From positions 102,301-166,300 of the forward strand of contig MNCI01000520.1 of assembly GCA_015680685.1 (NCBI GenBank): a DNA stretch of 64,000 bases, given 5' to 3'. Shown piece after piece: positions 1 to 12,210 of this stretch. Both the position numbers and the translations under genes were made by a program. The stretch comes from Gnetum montanum (Eukaryota > Plantae > Gnetophyta). How positions within the stretch are numbered: the stretch's first letter is position 1; the number at the start of each line of letters is the position of its first letter. The notes beneath the pieces were generated by a model. It searched no databases, was not told the origin of the DNA, and worked only from the letters and a program-made list of their open reading frames with translations.

Positions 1-3000
1 ACTTGCTTAAGTTTATCCATGCCTTTGACATAAGCACATATCAAACTCTTAGTAGGTTCCATGCATAGTGTGCTACTATCAGAGTTAGTTCTTAGCCACT
101 AGGTGCCCTCTTATTTTGTGGCTACTAGGTACAAGCACCTTTGGATTTCAATTTCATGTGCACATTGATTGTGTGATTTAATGAATGTGATTTTAATGGA
201 ATATATTTTCTACATGTAATTGCACTTGTTATTTCTATACGCGATGCATGGAACATGCTTTTTCTTTAGTCATACAAATTCATTTTCCTTGGAGATTTTC
301 AAAGAGAGGTCCCTAATGCCCATTTGTGCATCAACTATGCTTAACCAAGCCTTTTTCATAATGATGGGAAAGCCACGTTTGTAATTTTCTACCTTGATTA
401 CCAGAAAATTGGTAGGGTAGGACTACCCACAAACTGTAGTCACAATGTCCTCCACTAATTCTAAAGGGATAGTGATTGACTAGTCTACCAATTTCAAATG
501 GATGTTTCTCTTCTTGAGAGGTGATAGGTTCTAGGCCTTGTACATGTCATGGGAGATGAGATTGACACTGGAACCATAATCAAGAAGAGCCTTTCATAGC
601 TCATGTTTAGAGATCTATTAATAAATAAGAGGACTTCCTAGGTTAGATCTTTTTCTGGGAAGATTTCCAACCTTTATCTAATTGGAGACAACATGAGTTA
701 GCATCATAATACAGATATGAGGTAGTGTTTGGTTTGAAGGGCTCTTAAATGTGTTTGATGCATAGGATGAGGGTGCTAGAGATACAAAGTAACCAACCAT
801 ATTAGGTTGTAAGGGTTTGGGAGGACATTTTGGTTAGAAAAATGGTCATTTCCTAGATCAATTGTCTGAACCACTTGGCTGGACGGCCAGTTGTGAATCT
901 ATAGCCCTTATAGCATTTTGTTGCTACAACTATGGGGGAATTTCACCCTTGCATGGATAGAGTATGAGGTAACTAGGTTGAGGGTAGAGGGATGTGTGCA
1001 AATAGATGTGAAGGGTGGTATGGATATGGGTGTTTCCCTCAAGTAGATGATGAATTAGTTCAATGGTACTCTAGAGTATAATAGTGATGCTAGAATGAGG
1101 CGTGGTTGGTAGAACTTTGTGGAGAGATGGATTGCTAAACATAGTACTTGTATGAATCTAGTTACCTATAATGTTATTGCTATATTGGTGGTGACATTAC
1201 CCATGACTATTATTGGTGCTACTATTGATATTGTTCATATGGTTGTGATGAAGCTCCACTTGGATAGTAAGCCTATTAATGTTGGTGGAATTGCCTTGGA
1301 TTGCCTTATAGATAAGGTAATTGTCTGGGTGCTTGCCTTTATGCTAGTTGAGAGTTCAATGCATACACCCTAGACTCTTGTAAGTGTGACACCACAAGGA
1401 AACATCCCTTAGGATGTTCATACTGATAGATGTCACATCCAACATCATCATTAGAGTCTATCCCCATAACTTATTCTACTGCAGCAGCTTTGCCCTTTCC
1501 TTTATGGTAGGCATGTTTAGCTTCTTTCCACCCCTTGTGGTTACGATCACTATTATGCTCTTTGGATTCTTTATCAATCTTCATAGCAATTTGGAATTTT
1601 TCATCCAAAGAGTCCCATAATTTATCAAATTTTGCAGAAATATTAGAAATATATTTTTGGATGGGCAAGGTTTTCCTGTTCCCCACTTTGTTGAGTGGTG
1701 ACTTCTCCTCATCAAAAAATTGGACCTCCCTTTTTCTTATGAAGGATCTCTATTATATTCTTCTACACTTTCCCTTTCTTGTAAGTCACCTTCTTTTGAA
1801 AATTTCTCTATCAGCCTTTTTATTTGATGAACTCTTAGTTTAGACAATCTCCCTTGGGCATAAACCCCAAGAGTTTTTCTAGTTTCTACTCTAAGTCCAT
1901 CTATGATGTGGTAGAGTTGTTTTCTCTGAGAATAACCATAACTAGGGCATCAATGTAAGAGAGAATAATATCTACCCATGGTAGCATCCAAGGGTTCATG
2001 TGTTCTTTGTTTCCAACCTTGGATTTGCCTTCTTATGTTGAAAACTTTAGAGTATGTTTAGTATTTATCATTGAATAGCTCAAGCATTATACTCCATTGG
2101 TGGATAGATTCCAGCTTCAAGGACTAGTACTAGCTTTTTGCTTCCTTGATGAGTGTCTTGGGGAATAGTTTGAGTTTTTGCTAATCATTCTTGATGTTTT
2201 ATAAGGTGAAGACATCATGAAAGGCTTGTAGATGGTTTTGCAAATTAGAATTATACCCCCCCTCAAATCTTGGGATATTGTTCATGTCTAAGTGCTTAAT
2301 CCGACTATCTTTCACATGCCTAGTTGGAATCTTGACTACCTCTGCAATGTTAAGCATACTTCAAGTTGCCAATAAAGCTCCATCATCATAATTATTTCAT
2401 TGTCATTGATTATGTCCTCTATTACCTCTTTGATTATTATGGGCATGGTGATTGGTATTATTGCCCTGCTACTCACCTCCATCATGGTTATTCCTTCTAC
2501 AACATATTTCAAAACTAGAAGAAGAAAGAGATTCAAATGAAGAGGATGAAGAGGAAAAGAACTACCACCACCATGGTGTCTTCAAATTTCCCTTCCATTT
2601 TCTAGGCCACATTCATTAGTTTTCTTATCATCTTGATGCTTTTTTGATCCCCTACCTTGATTGTCATCTTTTTCTGAACTTAGATTGTTAATTATGGACA
2701 ATAGATTCAGGGCCACACCCTCATCACTAGTAACAAGGGGTGGAGAATTCTCATGTTGAGAGCCCCTTGAGGGAGGGTCCTTTTTGTCATCTTGGTTTAG
2801 TAAGAACAAAGGATTGGTAAACTATTTTCCCTTCATAAACTCATGATGCTTCGCCTGGTGTCAATCTTGCTTGCGTTGTGTTTTAGTGGGATGGTAGACC
2901 TAGTAGTCATAGTCATGCATAACATGCTCTTATTGAAGATCGTGGATGCCTAGCTTCTTTAGAGTTTGAAGTAGCATCACAAGCACAGATTGATCAAGAG

Positions 3001-3140
3001 GCATTACAATGTTGCCTTCCATATCACATTATTGTAGTTGCTCATCTTGATATAGGATGAAGATGAAATCAGGCACATACTCATCTGGATGAGTATATAC
3101 CACCTTGTACTCCTAAGGGACTGGTGGTTTAACATCATCA
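1..3140 (-). pseudogene. gag: Decayed gag-aspartic protease ORF of element A
   Basis: Minus-strand translations match B: YKVVYTHPDEYVPDFIFILYQDEQL (~3040-3110), gag core ~1860-2330, KFDKLWDSLDEK...HKGKGK (1471-1686), protease ~330-650 ending AWLSIVDA, then the same Cys-containing tail as B rather than RT. Many stops and frameshifts. Confidence 0.85.
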
Positions 3141-3294
3141 CACCTACGAGAAGAAGAAATTTTGCAAAATAAAATAAAATATCAATGTGCTTTTGTAATT
3201 ATATTATTTGGGAATGATTTTGACCTTAGGGTTCATCCAACAATGTTAATGATATTCACCAAGTCTAGATAGCATACATTTCAAAAAAAGAGAG

Positions 3295-3312
3295 TCCCCA
3301 ATAATAGTGCAA
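3295..3312 (-). promoter_or_regulatory. Degenerate tRNA-Asp primer-binding site of element A
   Basis: Reverse complement TTGCACTATTATTGGGGA abuts the LTR end and aligns, mostly through transitions, to TGGCGCCGTTGCTGGGGA of B. Confidence 0.7.
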
Positions 3313-3313
3313 A

Positions 3314-3636
3314 TGATGAGTGGTCGAGGTACCCCTATGCCTAACCATACAAATCATGAAGTGCTCATGTGTGATCTAATCAAATTCTGTGGACTCTCTG
3401 GTTTTTGGTGCACTAGTATTCTAGGAAGTAAATTTTGTCCTAATGGTCATTCTTTGTTTTCCCAATTACATTTGTGAAACTCAAGGATATGGTTAAGTGT
3501 AATTGAGACATATGATTTTTATTATTTTATGTTTTATGCTTTTGGTGCTTAAAGAGAGAGATGAACTAAATTGAGAACTAATTTAATTTAACTATTTAAC
3601 TAATCTATAACTAGTCCTAACATAAGCATCTAGTCC
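3314..3636 (-). repeat. 5' LTR of element A, U5 part
   Basis: Reverse complement ends ...TTTGTATGGTTAGGCATAGGGGTACCTCGACCACTCATCA, matching the B LTR end; interrupted at 3637 by element E. Confidence 0.85.
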
Positions 3637-5450
3637 TGAAACACCACAAAATTTGGACTACAATATCCTGACTACAAATTTGCCTAAGTGTCTGCACAAG
3701 GCCACTTTTTGCAAATTTTTCTATGTGCTAAGACTACACTCTCCACTACTTAGAGCATAGTTAACCTATCATGGAGAGCATAGTTAGCATTTGCAGAAAT
3801 TTTCTAAGTGTACGCATGAAGAAAATTTTTGCAGAAATTTTTCTAAGTATTGAGACTATGCTCACCCCTAGTCAGATGTGTAGTCAGCCTCTTGTAGAGT
3901 GTAGTTAACACCAAGCACTAGCTTTATAGATTTTGCTAAGCATCAAGCTAGTCACCACATGCTGCAAAATTTTCTAAGTGCCAAGACTACACTCTCCATT
4001 GCTCCAAAGCATACTCAAGAATAGTTAGTGTGAAGGTGCATATTTTTGCAGGTTCTTTTCTAAGTGTTGAGACTATGCTTTCCACCAGCTAGGAGCATGG
4101 TCAAGCATAGTTAGCTAGAATTCAGTTTTTGTAGATTTTTTCTAAGTGTTGAGACTATGCTCGACCCCAATTGAGAGCATAGTCAGTCTCCTATGGAGAG
4201 TGTAGTTAGCACATGATACTTTTTTTTGCAAAAGTTTTCTAAGTCTGGGACTATGCTCTCCCCCAATCTAGAGCATAGTTAAGAGTAGTAAGCCAGAATA
4301 GCCTTTAAAGGCCTCCACAATGTAGCACCAACATACAACTTAGCTCCAACACACCTTCAGCAATAGCATACATCTTTTTTGCACTGTCTTTTTCCACAAT
4401 TGTAACTACACTCGATCCCACTCGAGATAGTGGATAGCATAGTCCTACAGTGTAGTCTTCAAAAATTTCATTTTCTCAAGTACATTGTGGTCTTTTTGAC
4501 ACATGCATTTGTAGTTGGTAGTGTAGTCATAATCTTGTAGTTTCACAGAGTCTGTCAGAGTAGAACATAGCACAACACCACTTACCTTAGTGGAGAGTGT
4601 AGTTGGGGTACAATGTAGTTCCAACTATCCCACTACCACATGGTAGTCTCTTCACATTTTGGGCTAACCCTAGCCCTATAAATACCTTGCGCCCTCACAA
4701 TTTTAGGAGTTGGAATTTTTATTTGCATTTTTGCATTTTTTGGATGAATGAGACCCAAAGGTATAGCAGTTTGGCACTTGGAATTTTGGGCGAATGAGAC
4801 CCAAAGGCACACTAGTGAAATGGAGAGGTAGAGTTGCACACCATGATCCATAGCAGTCCTGCCATAGCCTAGTAGAACACCATCACCCACGGCACATTGC
4901 GGTGGCCAACCTAGCAAGCATAGACACCATGGTGAGTACTAGACTTGATGGCCCGACAACACCAAGATAGTGACTATGCTCTCCACTACACTTGTTGTAC
5001 ACCACATACCTTCTCAACCCCTTTAGAGTTAACTATGCTCAACCCCATTTGGGGTGGTGTTTTGTTTCTCTCTTCTACTTTTTTCACATTTTCTTTGCAT
5101 TTTTTGCTATTTTTATGCATGGTCATGTTACAATGACACTTGGGCAGTAGTCTCTACATGATGGGACCCTCATTTTGACTAAAACCCTTGACTATGTTTG
5201 CCCCTTAGGCACCCATGACTACTCTCTACACCGTTAACACCATTGACACCATTGATGCACTAACACCATCAACACCATTAACACCATGAAAAACACTTAA
5301 AAACTTAGCATCATTTGTCATCACATTTGGTAAGTCCCTATCTAGTTGACAAGACCATTTAGGGTGCCGTATCTCTACCTCCAATAGGCCCTCGTTGTGC
5401 ATCCGTTGATCCCTAAGTGATTCTAGCCACCAATGTTTTTGGTTGTTATG
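3637..5450 (+). repeat. 5' LTR of element E
   Basis: Colinear with 7640-9462 (~80% by eye); TATA box TATAAATA at 4677. Confidence 0.85.
3700..4460 (+). repeat. Degenerate array of hairpin-forming units in E U3 (TTTTCTAAGTG-ACTATGCTCT...AGAGCATAGT)
   Basis: Repeated TTTCTAAGT(G) followed by ACTATGCTCT/ACTACACTCT and the reverse complement AGAGCATAGT/AGAGTGTAGT; repeated at ~7720-8460. Confidence 0.8.
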
Positions 5451-5455
5451 GTTTC

Positions 5456-5472
5456 TGGTGCTAGAAGGAGGG
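5456..5472 (+). promoter_or_regulatory. tRNA-Asn primer-binding site of element E
   Basis: TGGTGCTAGAAGGAGGG versus the complement of the plant cytosolic tRNA-Asn 3' end TGGCGCTAGAAGGAGGG (one C>T); 5-nt spacer after the LTR, as in Tat elements. Confidence 0.8.
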
Positions 5473-5683
5473 TCAAACCACATTTTTAGACTTCGTTGTG
5501 GTTGTCTTGCATGCTCTCTACATCATAGTTATCTATCAACCTATCAGTGTAGATTGAACCTCATTGTTGATCCCCTAGGAACCCTGCATAGCAACCCAAA
5601 TCACACTTCTCTCCACTAATTTTTCTAAGTCTTCGTTCTCTGAGCATAGAGAGCATAGTCCATGGAGAGTGTAGTCTTCAAAT

Positions 5684-5800
5684 TTAGCCATTTTTTGTAG
5701 TTGCCAGACTTAGGTATTTTTTTGTAGTTTTCACACTTAGCCATTTTTTGTAGTTTTCATAGTTAGCCATTTTTTTATAATTTTCATAGTTAGCCATTTT
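5684..5800 (+). repeat. Short tandem array, ~26-bp unit TTAGCCATTTTTTGTAGTTTTCATAG
   Basis: Four to five adjacent degenerate copies. Confidence 0.75.
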
Positions 5801-6217
5801 TGCAAATAGCAACCTCTACAATCCTCCGTTGTAAGTTGATCCAGACACATGGATCTAGATTAGCCTTCGATATCGGTGTCAAATGCACCTGACACCTTTA
5901 ACACCTGACATAGGTATGTCGTGCTAAACAATGAATAATACAACTTCATCTATGGGAAGATCCAAGTAGGGTTACCTGTGGATTGCTTAGACGTGAAAGT
6001 CAAATGAGGCTATGAGCTTATCCAATAGGATGGATGAGAGTACATCCCTTCCTCATTTGACATCATCTCATTCACGAAACCCTACCATTGGGCACTATCC
6101 TAGATCATTTGAGCAAGGAACTAACTATGAGGAATCCCTATAGGAGGAAAAAGACAAATTTAAAGCCTACTCCAACCATGAGAGCCCCTTCCACACTATC
6201 TAGTATACACATGTCAG

Positions 6218-6490
6218 CTATGATGTTAAATTGGCACAATAGTCCACTATGACTATAAACTAGCATAGCTCATCTACCATGATGCTAAAGCTAGCACAAT
6301 AGTCTGCTATGACTATAAACTAGCATAGCATTCATCTGCCATGATGTTAAATTATCACAACATTCATCCTTGGGTCACAACGTTAAACTAGCACAACAAC
6401 ATTCATCTACCATGACGCTAAACTAGCACATAGCAATTGCTATGACTATAGACTAGTAAATCATGGTTTGCTAGGACCTTAAACTAGGTT
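6218..6490 (+). repeat. Tandem array, ~30-bp units (ATGATGTTAAACTAGCACAA / ATGACTATAAACTAGCATAG)
   Basis: About nine alternating degenerate copies in the internal region of E. Confidence 0.8.
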
Positions 6491-7140
6491 TGGAACTAGC
6501 TACTAATTCCTTCAACCTTCCTACAAGCAAGCGAGCGAGCACCACCCTTGCCCCCTCCTACACTATGTGGGTGGGCACATTGGCTTTTTGAACACTTGCA
6601 ATTGGCACAACCTTTGGAGCACCTGCAACATCTTTGCCTCCTACATTTGATTTGCATTTCATGTTCTACGATTTTCTTGTCTTTTTGGAGTTGTGTTTGC
6701 ACGAAGAAGCCCCAGGGTGGTCATGCAATGGCACATCTCATCACAGTAGCAAGTTTCCACATCACTTCAATGTGCATGATTGGACTAGCTAAGCCTCTCA
6801 AGAGTGCACATTTCCTCCCATCCCATTATAGCCTATGCACATACACTCCCATATTCCAATACCCTTCCATGCCCTACATAATCACAATTGCAAACTCTCT
6901 AATGTCTATGTGTTGTGACAACATGGAATCCTCTTCAAGTCAAGTCAAACTGTAGAACCCAAGGTGGATGTAACACAAGTCATCTCGTGGGGAGCCTCTA
7001 TTGGCTAGTCAAAGCCCAAGAAGATGTAACACAAATAATCTCAAGGAGGAAACACCTATCGTACAGATGTAATGCAATTTTTCAAGCATCAAGGCAAACC
7101 CCATGTTGTGGAAAATAACTCACTTGATGGCAAGCACCTC
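6490..7140 (-). pseudogene. Possible decayed antisense accessory ORF of element E (unknown function)
   Basis: One minus frame reads ~150 codons with sparse stops (VIFHNMGFALMLEKLHY...GFYSLT*LEEDSMLSQHIDIREFAIVIM*GMEGYWNMGVYVHRL...); the position matches antisense 3' ORFs of Tat elements. No domain recognised. Confidence 0.35.
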
Positions 7141-7639
7141 GCAGGAAGCATTTTGCAATGTGTAAAGCCCCAAGTAGGCTCACCGCAAAAAGTAGCAGAA
7201 GAGAAAAAAAAGAAAAACAAAAGGAAAAAATGGAAAAAGGGGGACAAATAACTTCCCTAATTAATCTAAAAGCATTGCAATTTTGCAATTGGTTAGGCCC
7301 TGCATCCATCTTGACTCTCTCACGAGCACTCTAATGAGAGGTCAATGTTTTCAAGGGTAAGCCACTTTGGTTCCATGGTCACCCTTAGTTGCATCCTCGC
7401 ATTATCATGCCCTATTTGCACTCTATCTTTCCTTTTTCCTAACACATCACCTATGCCTTTCACTCCTACCTACACCTTTTCCTCTTAGCATACTGCTACC
7501 CACAACACTCTTGAGTGGTGTAGCAACACATGATTTGGTACTGATGAACAATGTTGGTGCCAGGCTTGCTGTGGTGTTTTATGATTCTTTGTCAATGTCT
7601 CTTGGGCCACTCCTCTAGATGTCAACAAAGAGGAACCAA

Positions 7640-9462
7640 TGAAACACCATAAAATTTTGATTACAACATCTCAACTAGAAATATGCCTAAGTGTTCGCAT
7701 GAGGACACTTTCTACAAATTTTTCTAAGTGCTGAGACAACACTATCCACTGCCCAGAGCCTAGTTAGCCTCTCGTGGAGAGTGTAGATAGCATTTCACAA
7801 TAATTTTCTAAGTGTTAGCATGAAGAAAATTTTTGTATAATTTTTTCTAAGTGTTGAGACTATGCTCACCCCCAATTGGAAGTGTAGTTAGCCTCCTACA
7901 AAGCATAGTCATCACCAAGCACTAGTTTCGTAGATTTTGCTAATGTCATGCTAGCCACCACACACTACAAAATTTTCTAAGTGCTAAGACTACACTCTCA
8001 ACTACCATAAAGTGTAGTGAAGCATAGCCAACATGAAGGTACATTTTTTATAGGTTTTTCTCTAAGTGTCGAGACTATGCTCTCCACCAGCTAGGAGCGT
8101 AGTTGAGTGTAGTTAGCTAGAAGTCAATTTCTATAGATTTTTTCTAAGTGTTGAGACTAAACTTAACCCTATTTAGGAGCATAGTTAATATTCTATGGAG
8201 AGTGTAGTCAGCACATGACACTTTTTCTACAAAATTTTTCTAAGTCTAGGACTATGCTCTTCCCTACTCCAAAGCGTAGTCGAGCATAGTTAGCTAGAAA
8301 AACCTCCAAAGGCCTACATAATGTAGCACTAGCATGAAAATCAGCTTTAACACATATTTGGCAGAAAGATGCATCTTTTTTGCATCCTTCTTTGTCCCAC
8401 AATTATAACTATGCTCTACCCCACTTGAGATAGTGGACAACATAGTCTCGAAGTGCAGTCTCCGAAAGTTGCATTTTTTTTTTGCATTTTCTTAGGTAAA
8501 TTGCAGTTTTTTTGGCACATGCATATGCATTTGGCAGTGTAGTCATAGTATTTTTTTAGAGTCCATCAGAGAAAAACATAGCACAACATTACTTGCCTCA
8601 GTGGAGAGCGTAGTTGGGGTACAACATAGTCCCAACTATCCCACTACCACATGGTAGTCTCTCAGCATTTTGGGCTAACCCTACCCATATAAATACCCTG
8701 TGCCTCTAATGTTTTAGAAGTTGGCATTTTCATTTTCATTTTGGCATTTTTTGGATAAATGAGACCCAAAGGCATAGCATTTTGGCACTTGGAATTTTGG
8801 GTGAACGAGATCCAAAGGCACACTAGCGAAATGGAGAGGTAGAGTTATGCACCATGGCCCACAGTAGCCCTCCTATAGCCCAGTAAAACACCACTACCCA
8901 TGATACACTATGGTGGCCAATGTGGTAGACATAAAAACCATGGCGAGCACTAGGCTTCATGATCCAACATTACCAAGATTGTGGCTATGCTCTCCACTAC
9001 ACCTGTTATACACTATGTACCTTCTCAACCCCTTTGGAGTTAACTATGCTCAACCCCATTTGGGGTAGTGTTCTATTTCTCTCTCCTACATTTTTCACAT
9101 TTTCTTTACATTTTTTACTATTTTTATGCATGGTCACATTACCACTATGCTCTGGCAGTAGTCTCTATGTGATGAAAACCTCATTTTCATTGAAACCCTT
9201 AACTACACTCACCCCTCGAGCACTCATGACTATGCTCTACATTGTTAACACTGTTAACACCATCAACACCATTAACACCATGAATGCCACTTAAACCCTT
9301 ATCATCATTTGACATCACATTTGGTAAGTCACTGTCTGATCAACAAGACCATTTAGGGAACCTCGTCTCCACCTCCAGTAGGCCCTTGGATGGACTTAGG
9401 GTTAGTCTATGTGTTTGTTGACCCCTTGATGATTCTAGCCGCTAATTTTTTTGATCGTTACA
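7640..9462 (+). repeat. 3' LTR of element E
   Basis: Colinear with 3637-5450; ends GTTACA followed by TSD ATTCC; TATA at ~8688. Confidence 0.85.
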
Positions 9463-9467
9463 ATTCC

Positions 9468-10102
9468 CATGTTTCATACACATCTTGAACCCACGTATCC
9501 ACTACTATGTTACCAAGCACTATGCTATTCAGCACATCAAGAATTAACACTACTCAGATTACCAAGCGAATACGTGTTCACACTCAAAGTGGTCGTACTT
9601 ATGTATTTAATCTATTTAGCTTATCTTTCTTAATCACTTAATTAGCTTAATTATTGAGGAACATTGAATAAATAACTAAAAACATTAAATTCATGACTAA
9701 AATGTTTACACTATCCAAAATGATGCAAGGTTTTATTATAAAGCTTGTCTTTATTACTGAACACATGATCATGCGTAGGTACAACAGTGCTTGAATAAAA
9801 ATTCATACACTCAATGACTCCTATTGTGAGCACTTGGGAAAATATTCTAACTTTCAAATGTAAAAAAATGCAAGAGTTTGGCTACTACTATGAATTGATG
9901 TCCATAAACATGGCTAGGAGCTCTTATTTATAGTTTTTACTATAGGACTACATCAACGGGGCCTTGTAGACATAGCAAATGCTACATTGACATGATCCTA
10001 TTGATGGGGAAACATCACATAAATGGGGCCCTATCAATGGGGGCCCATCGATGAGGCTACATCAATAGGAGGCCCGTCGACATGAGACTTTGAGGCTCAT
10101 CA
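9468..10102 (-). repeat. 5' LTR of element A, U3/R part
   Basis: Reverse complement has CTATAAATAAGAG (~9920-9933), then AATAGGAGTC and GTAATAAAGACAAGCTTT segments homologous to the B LTR; joins 3636 across the E TSD. Reconstructed LTR ~960 bp. Confidence 0.85.
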
Positions 10103-11498
10103 ATTGGGTTATTTGAATATAACTCTATCATGCCATTGCTCAATCAACTATTCTTTATGGATGTATTGTTTGGGGTCATTCCCAATCAAATAAATATTGG
10201 AAACTCTTGATTTTAAAATTTTAAGTTATGATATGGATTCTAGTGGATAATGTTAATTTATAAAGTTTTAATTTGACGATATGTCTTGGGGGTAAATATT
10301 ATAAAATGTTTTTTTGAGCACCAACCTTCCCCTACAAATAAAAAAATAAATAGAAGAAATTTAGTAGTTTTTCTTACTCAATGAATTCAAAGTAAAGAGA
10401 TAGACATAATATGATATTATACTTCTTGAAGTAGAGATGATGTTCTTAGAAGTCAAAACTATATGTTAGTTTGTAGCATACACATGATTTTTTGATTTTT
10501 CATTGGATAAATACTCATAAAAAGTGATGATGCAAATCCATGATAAGGAATAGCTTCATGAGTGAGTTCTATGGCTTAATAAATGGAATATTTAAGAGTA
10601 CATTCTAATTCTAAGAAAGCTTATAGATTAGTAAAATAAATTGTATTTTAAAAACTTTTGGAAATTGTAGAAGGAAAAAAAATACTTCTATTTGAATAGT
10701 ATCTGGAGAGGTCTAGATTCAAAGGCAAAGTATTTATCTACTATTATTCTTCATTATTTGTGATGAAAAATTTTTAGGGTATAAATGGGATCTAATTATA
10801 TGAGAGATAAAATATAAAGATGGCTTAAAATTCCTCATACAAAATAAATATGTTGTTTACGTTGCACAAACAGTATTAAAGATGAATATTAAATTTTTCT
10901 ACAATATCCTACATTTGAGTAGATTAGATATGGATGAAATATTACAATTGTAAATTTGGTAAATTTTTTCTAAATATTATTAACACTTAGTAATTTCCTA
11001 AATGATGTTTTCAAAATTCGTTCTGCTATTCAATAGATCTAGAGGGTCTACAAATGTAATAAAATTCAAAATGAAAATTCAATATTTTATATTATTTTCT
11101 TTAATATTTACATTTTCAAAAATAACTAAAATTCTACATAATTCTCACAAAATCTCATCTTATACCAAAAAATATTTCAAAGTAATCATGAAATACTTGA
11201 GAAACAACTTGGTTAGAGTTCCCATGTATCTTAGAAAATTTACCAAGCATAAAAAAATAAATTAGACATAATTTCAATATAGTTTCTATTAAAAAAAATT
11301 CAAAAGAATGACCAAATTTCACATCATTTCAAATTAATAATTAAAAAATAAAATAATGGAAAAAAGTTAGGAAGTAGGAAAGAAATGTATAGAATCCTTA
11401 TTAAAGTAGGGTAACATCATGGAAAAAAAATTTAAATAAGACTTCTTACAGAATGTAAATACTTGTGGCTTTTCAAAATCTCTTCATTTTAATTTTTT

Positions 11499-12210
11499 CA
11501 CTATAAGAAATCATAGAAATAGTGGAATTCCAAAAAAAAATGTTGCTAAATGCTAAAAATACTACTAAAGATTAATATTGACATTTTTGTGAACTCTGCT
11601 TTTGCTAGCACCTCTATTGCTCAACAAAAGCATTTTCTACTTGAAGTGCTTTAAAATTTTAAAAAAGCATTACTAGTGCTTTTAGAAATAGTTACTAATG
11701 AAGTAGTAGTAACAATTATCAACAATGCCACTAGCTTTACAATGCCACTAGCTTTGCAATACTAAAGAAATATTACTAAAACCTTTATGGAAATTTTTAA
11801 AAAAACCACCACTAATTTGGATTTCTCAAGAAAGCACCAATAATTAAGAAGTGGTGGTTTTTATAAAAGTCACAACAGTTTCAAAAGGTTGCATAGTAGT
11901 GTTCCCTATAAAATTGACGTGGTGGTTTTTATAAAAATCACAACAACTTCAAAGGTTGCATAGTAGTGTTCCTTATAAAAATGACATTTGGTCCATTAGT
12001 GGTATTTCTTGTAAAAACCTAAAATGGAATCCCCAAAAATATTGAGCTTTTTCTTTAAACTCTTTCTTCATCAATTTGATGTACTGAAAATTTTTTATTA
12101 ATATTATTTAGTTTTTTGGGATCTAAAACCCACCCCCAAAATAGTGGTGTTTCTTGTAAAAATACCACTATTTGGACTATAGTGAGATTTGTATAGAAAT
12201 GTCGCTAGGA
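11499..12210 (+). mobile_element. Decayed CACTA (En/Spm) DNA transposon left terminus with subterminal repeats
   Basis: CACTATAAGAAA at 11499 (consensus CACTACAAGAAA), followed by dense CCACTA/TAGTGG-type motifs in both orientations; no matching right end found. Confidence 0.55.
11851..11985 (+). repeat. Tandem duplication, 2 x ~67 bp
   Basis: GTGGTGGTTTTTATAAAA...GGTTGCATAGTAGTGTTCC.TATAAAA.TGAC occurs twice adjacently. Confidence 0.9.

Larger units (their letters stand above)
3637..9462 (+). mobile_element. Element E: non-autonomous Tat-like LTR element nested in the LTR of A
   Basis: Direct repeats 3637-5450 and 7640-9462 (TGAAAC...GTTACA); TSD AGTCC/ATTCC (1 mismatch); PBS TGGTGCTAGAAGGAGGG; purine tract CAAAGAGGAACCAA before the 3' LTR; only ~2.2 kb internal with no gag/pol motif. 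Confidence 0.85.
1..10102 (-). mobile_element. Element A: degenerate Athila-like Ty3/Gypsy element (5' LTR, PBS, gag, protease), truncated by left window edge
   Basis: LTR bounded by TGATGAG (3314) and CTCATCA (10102), homologous to the LTR of element B; degenerate Asp PBS at 3295-3312; decayed gag and protease colinear with B on the minus strand. Confidence 0.88.

Noticed and set aside
6218-6490. Short-unit array superficially like CRISPR repeats
   Set aside because: Contiguous degenerate units without unique spacers, no cas genes, eukaryotic TE context.
6496-6702. Cys-rich ORF (CCRCSKGCANCKC) resembling a CXC/metallothionein domain
   Set aside because: An overlapping frame reads as ordinary protein (KDVAGAPKVVPIASV); the Cys run is likely an off-frame effect of GTT/GCA codons in decayed TE sequence.
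4945-9294. Duplicated hydrophobic ORFs (4945-5136, 8959-9294) suggesting paralogous membrane peptides
   Set aside because: They lie in the two LTRs of E; hydrophobicity comes from a T-rich tract and stop positions differ.
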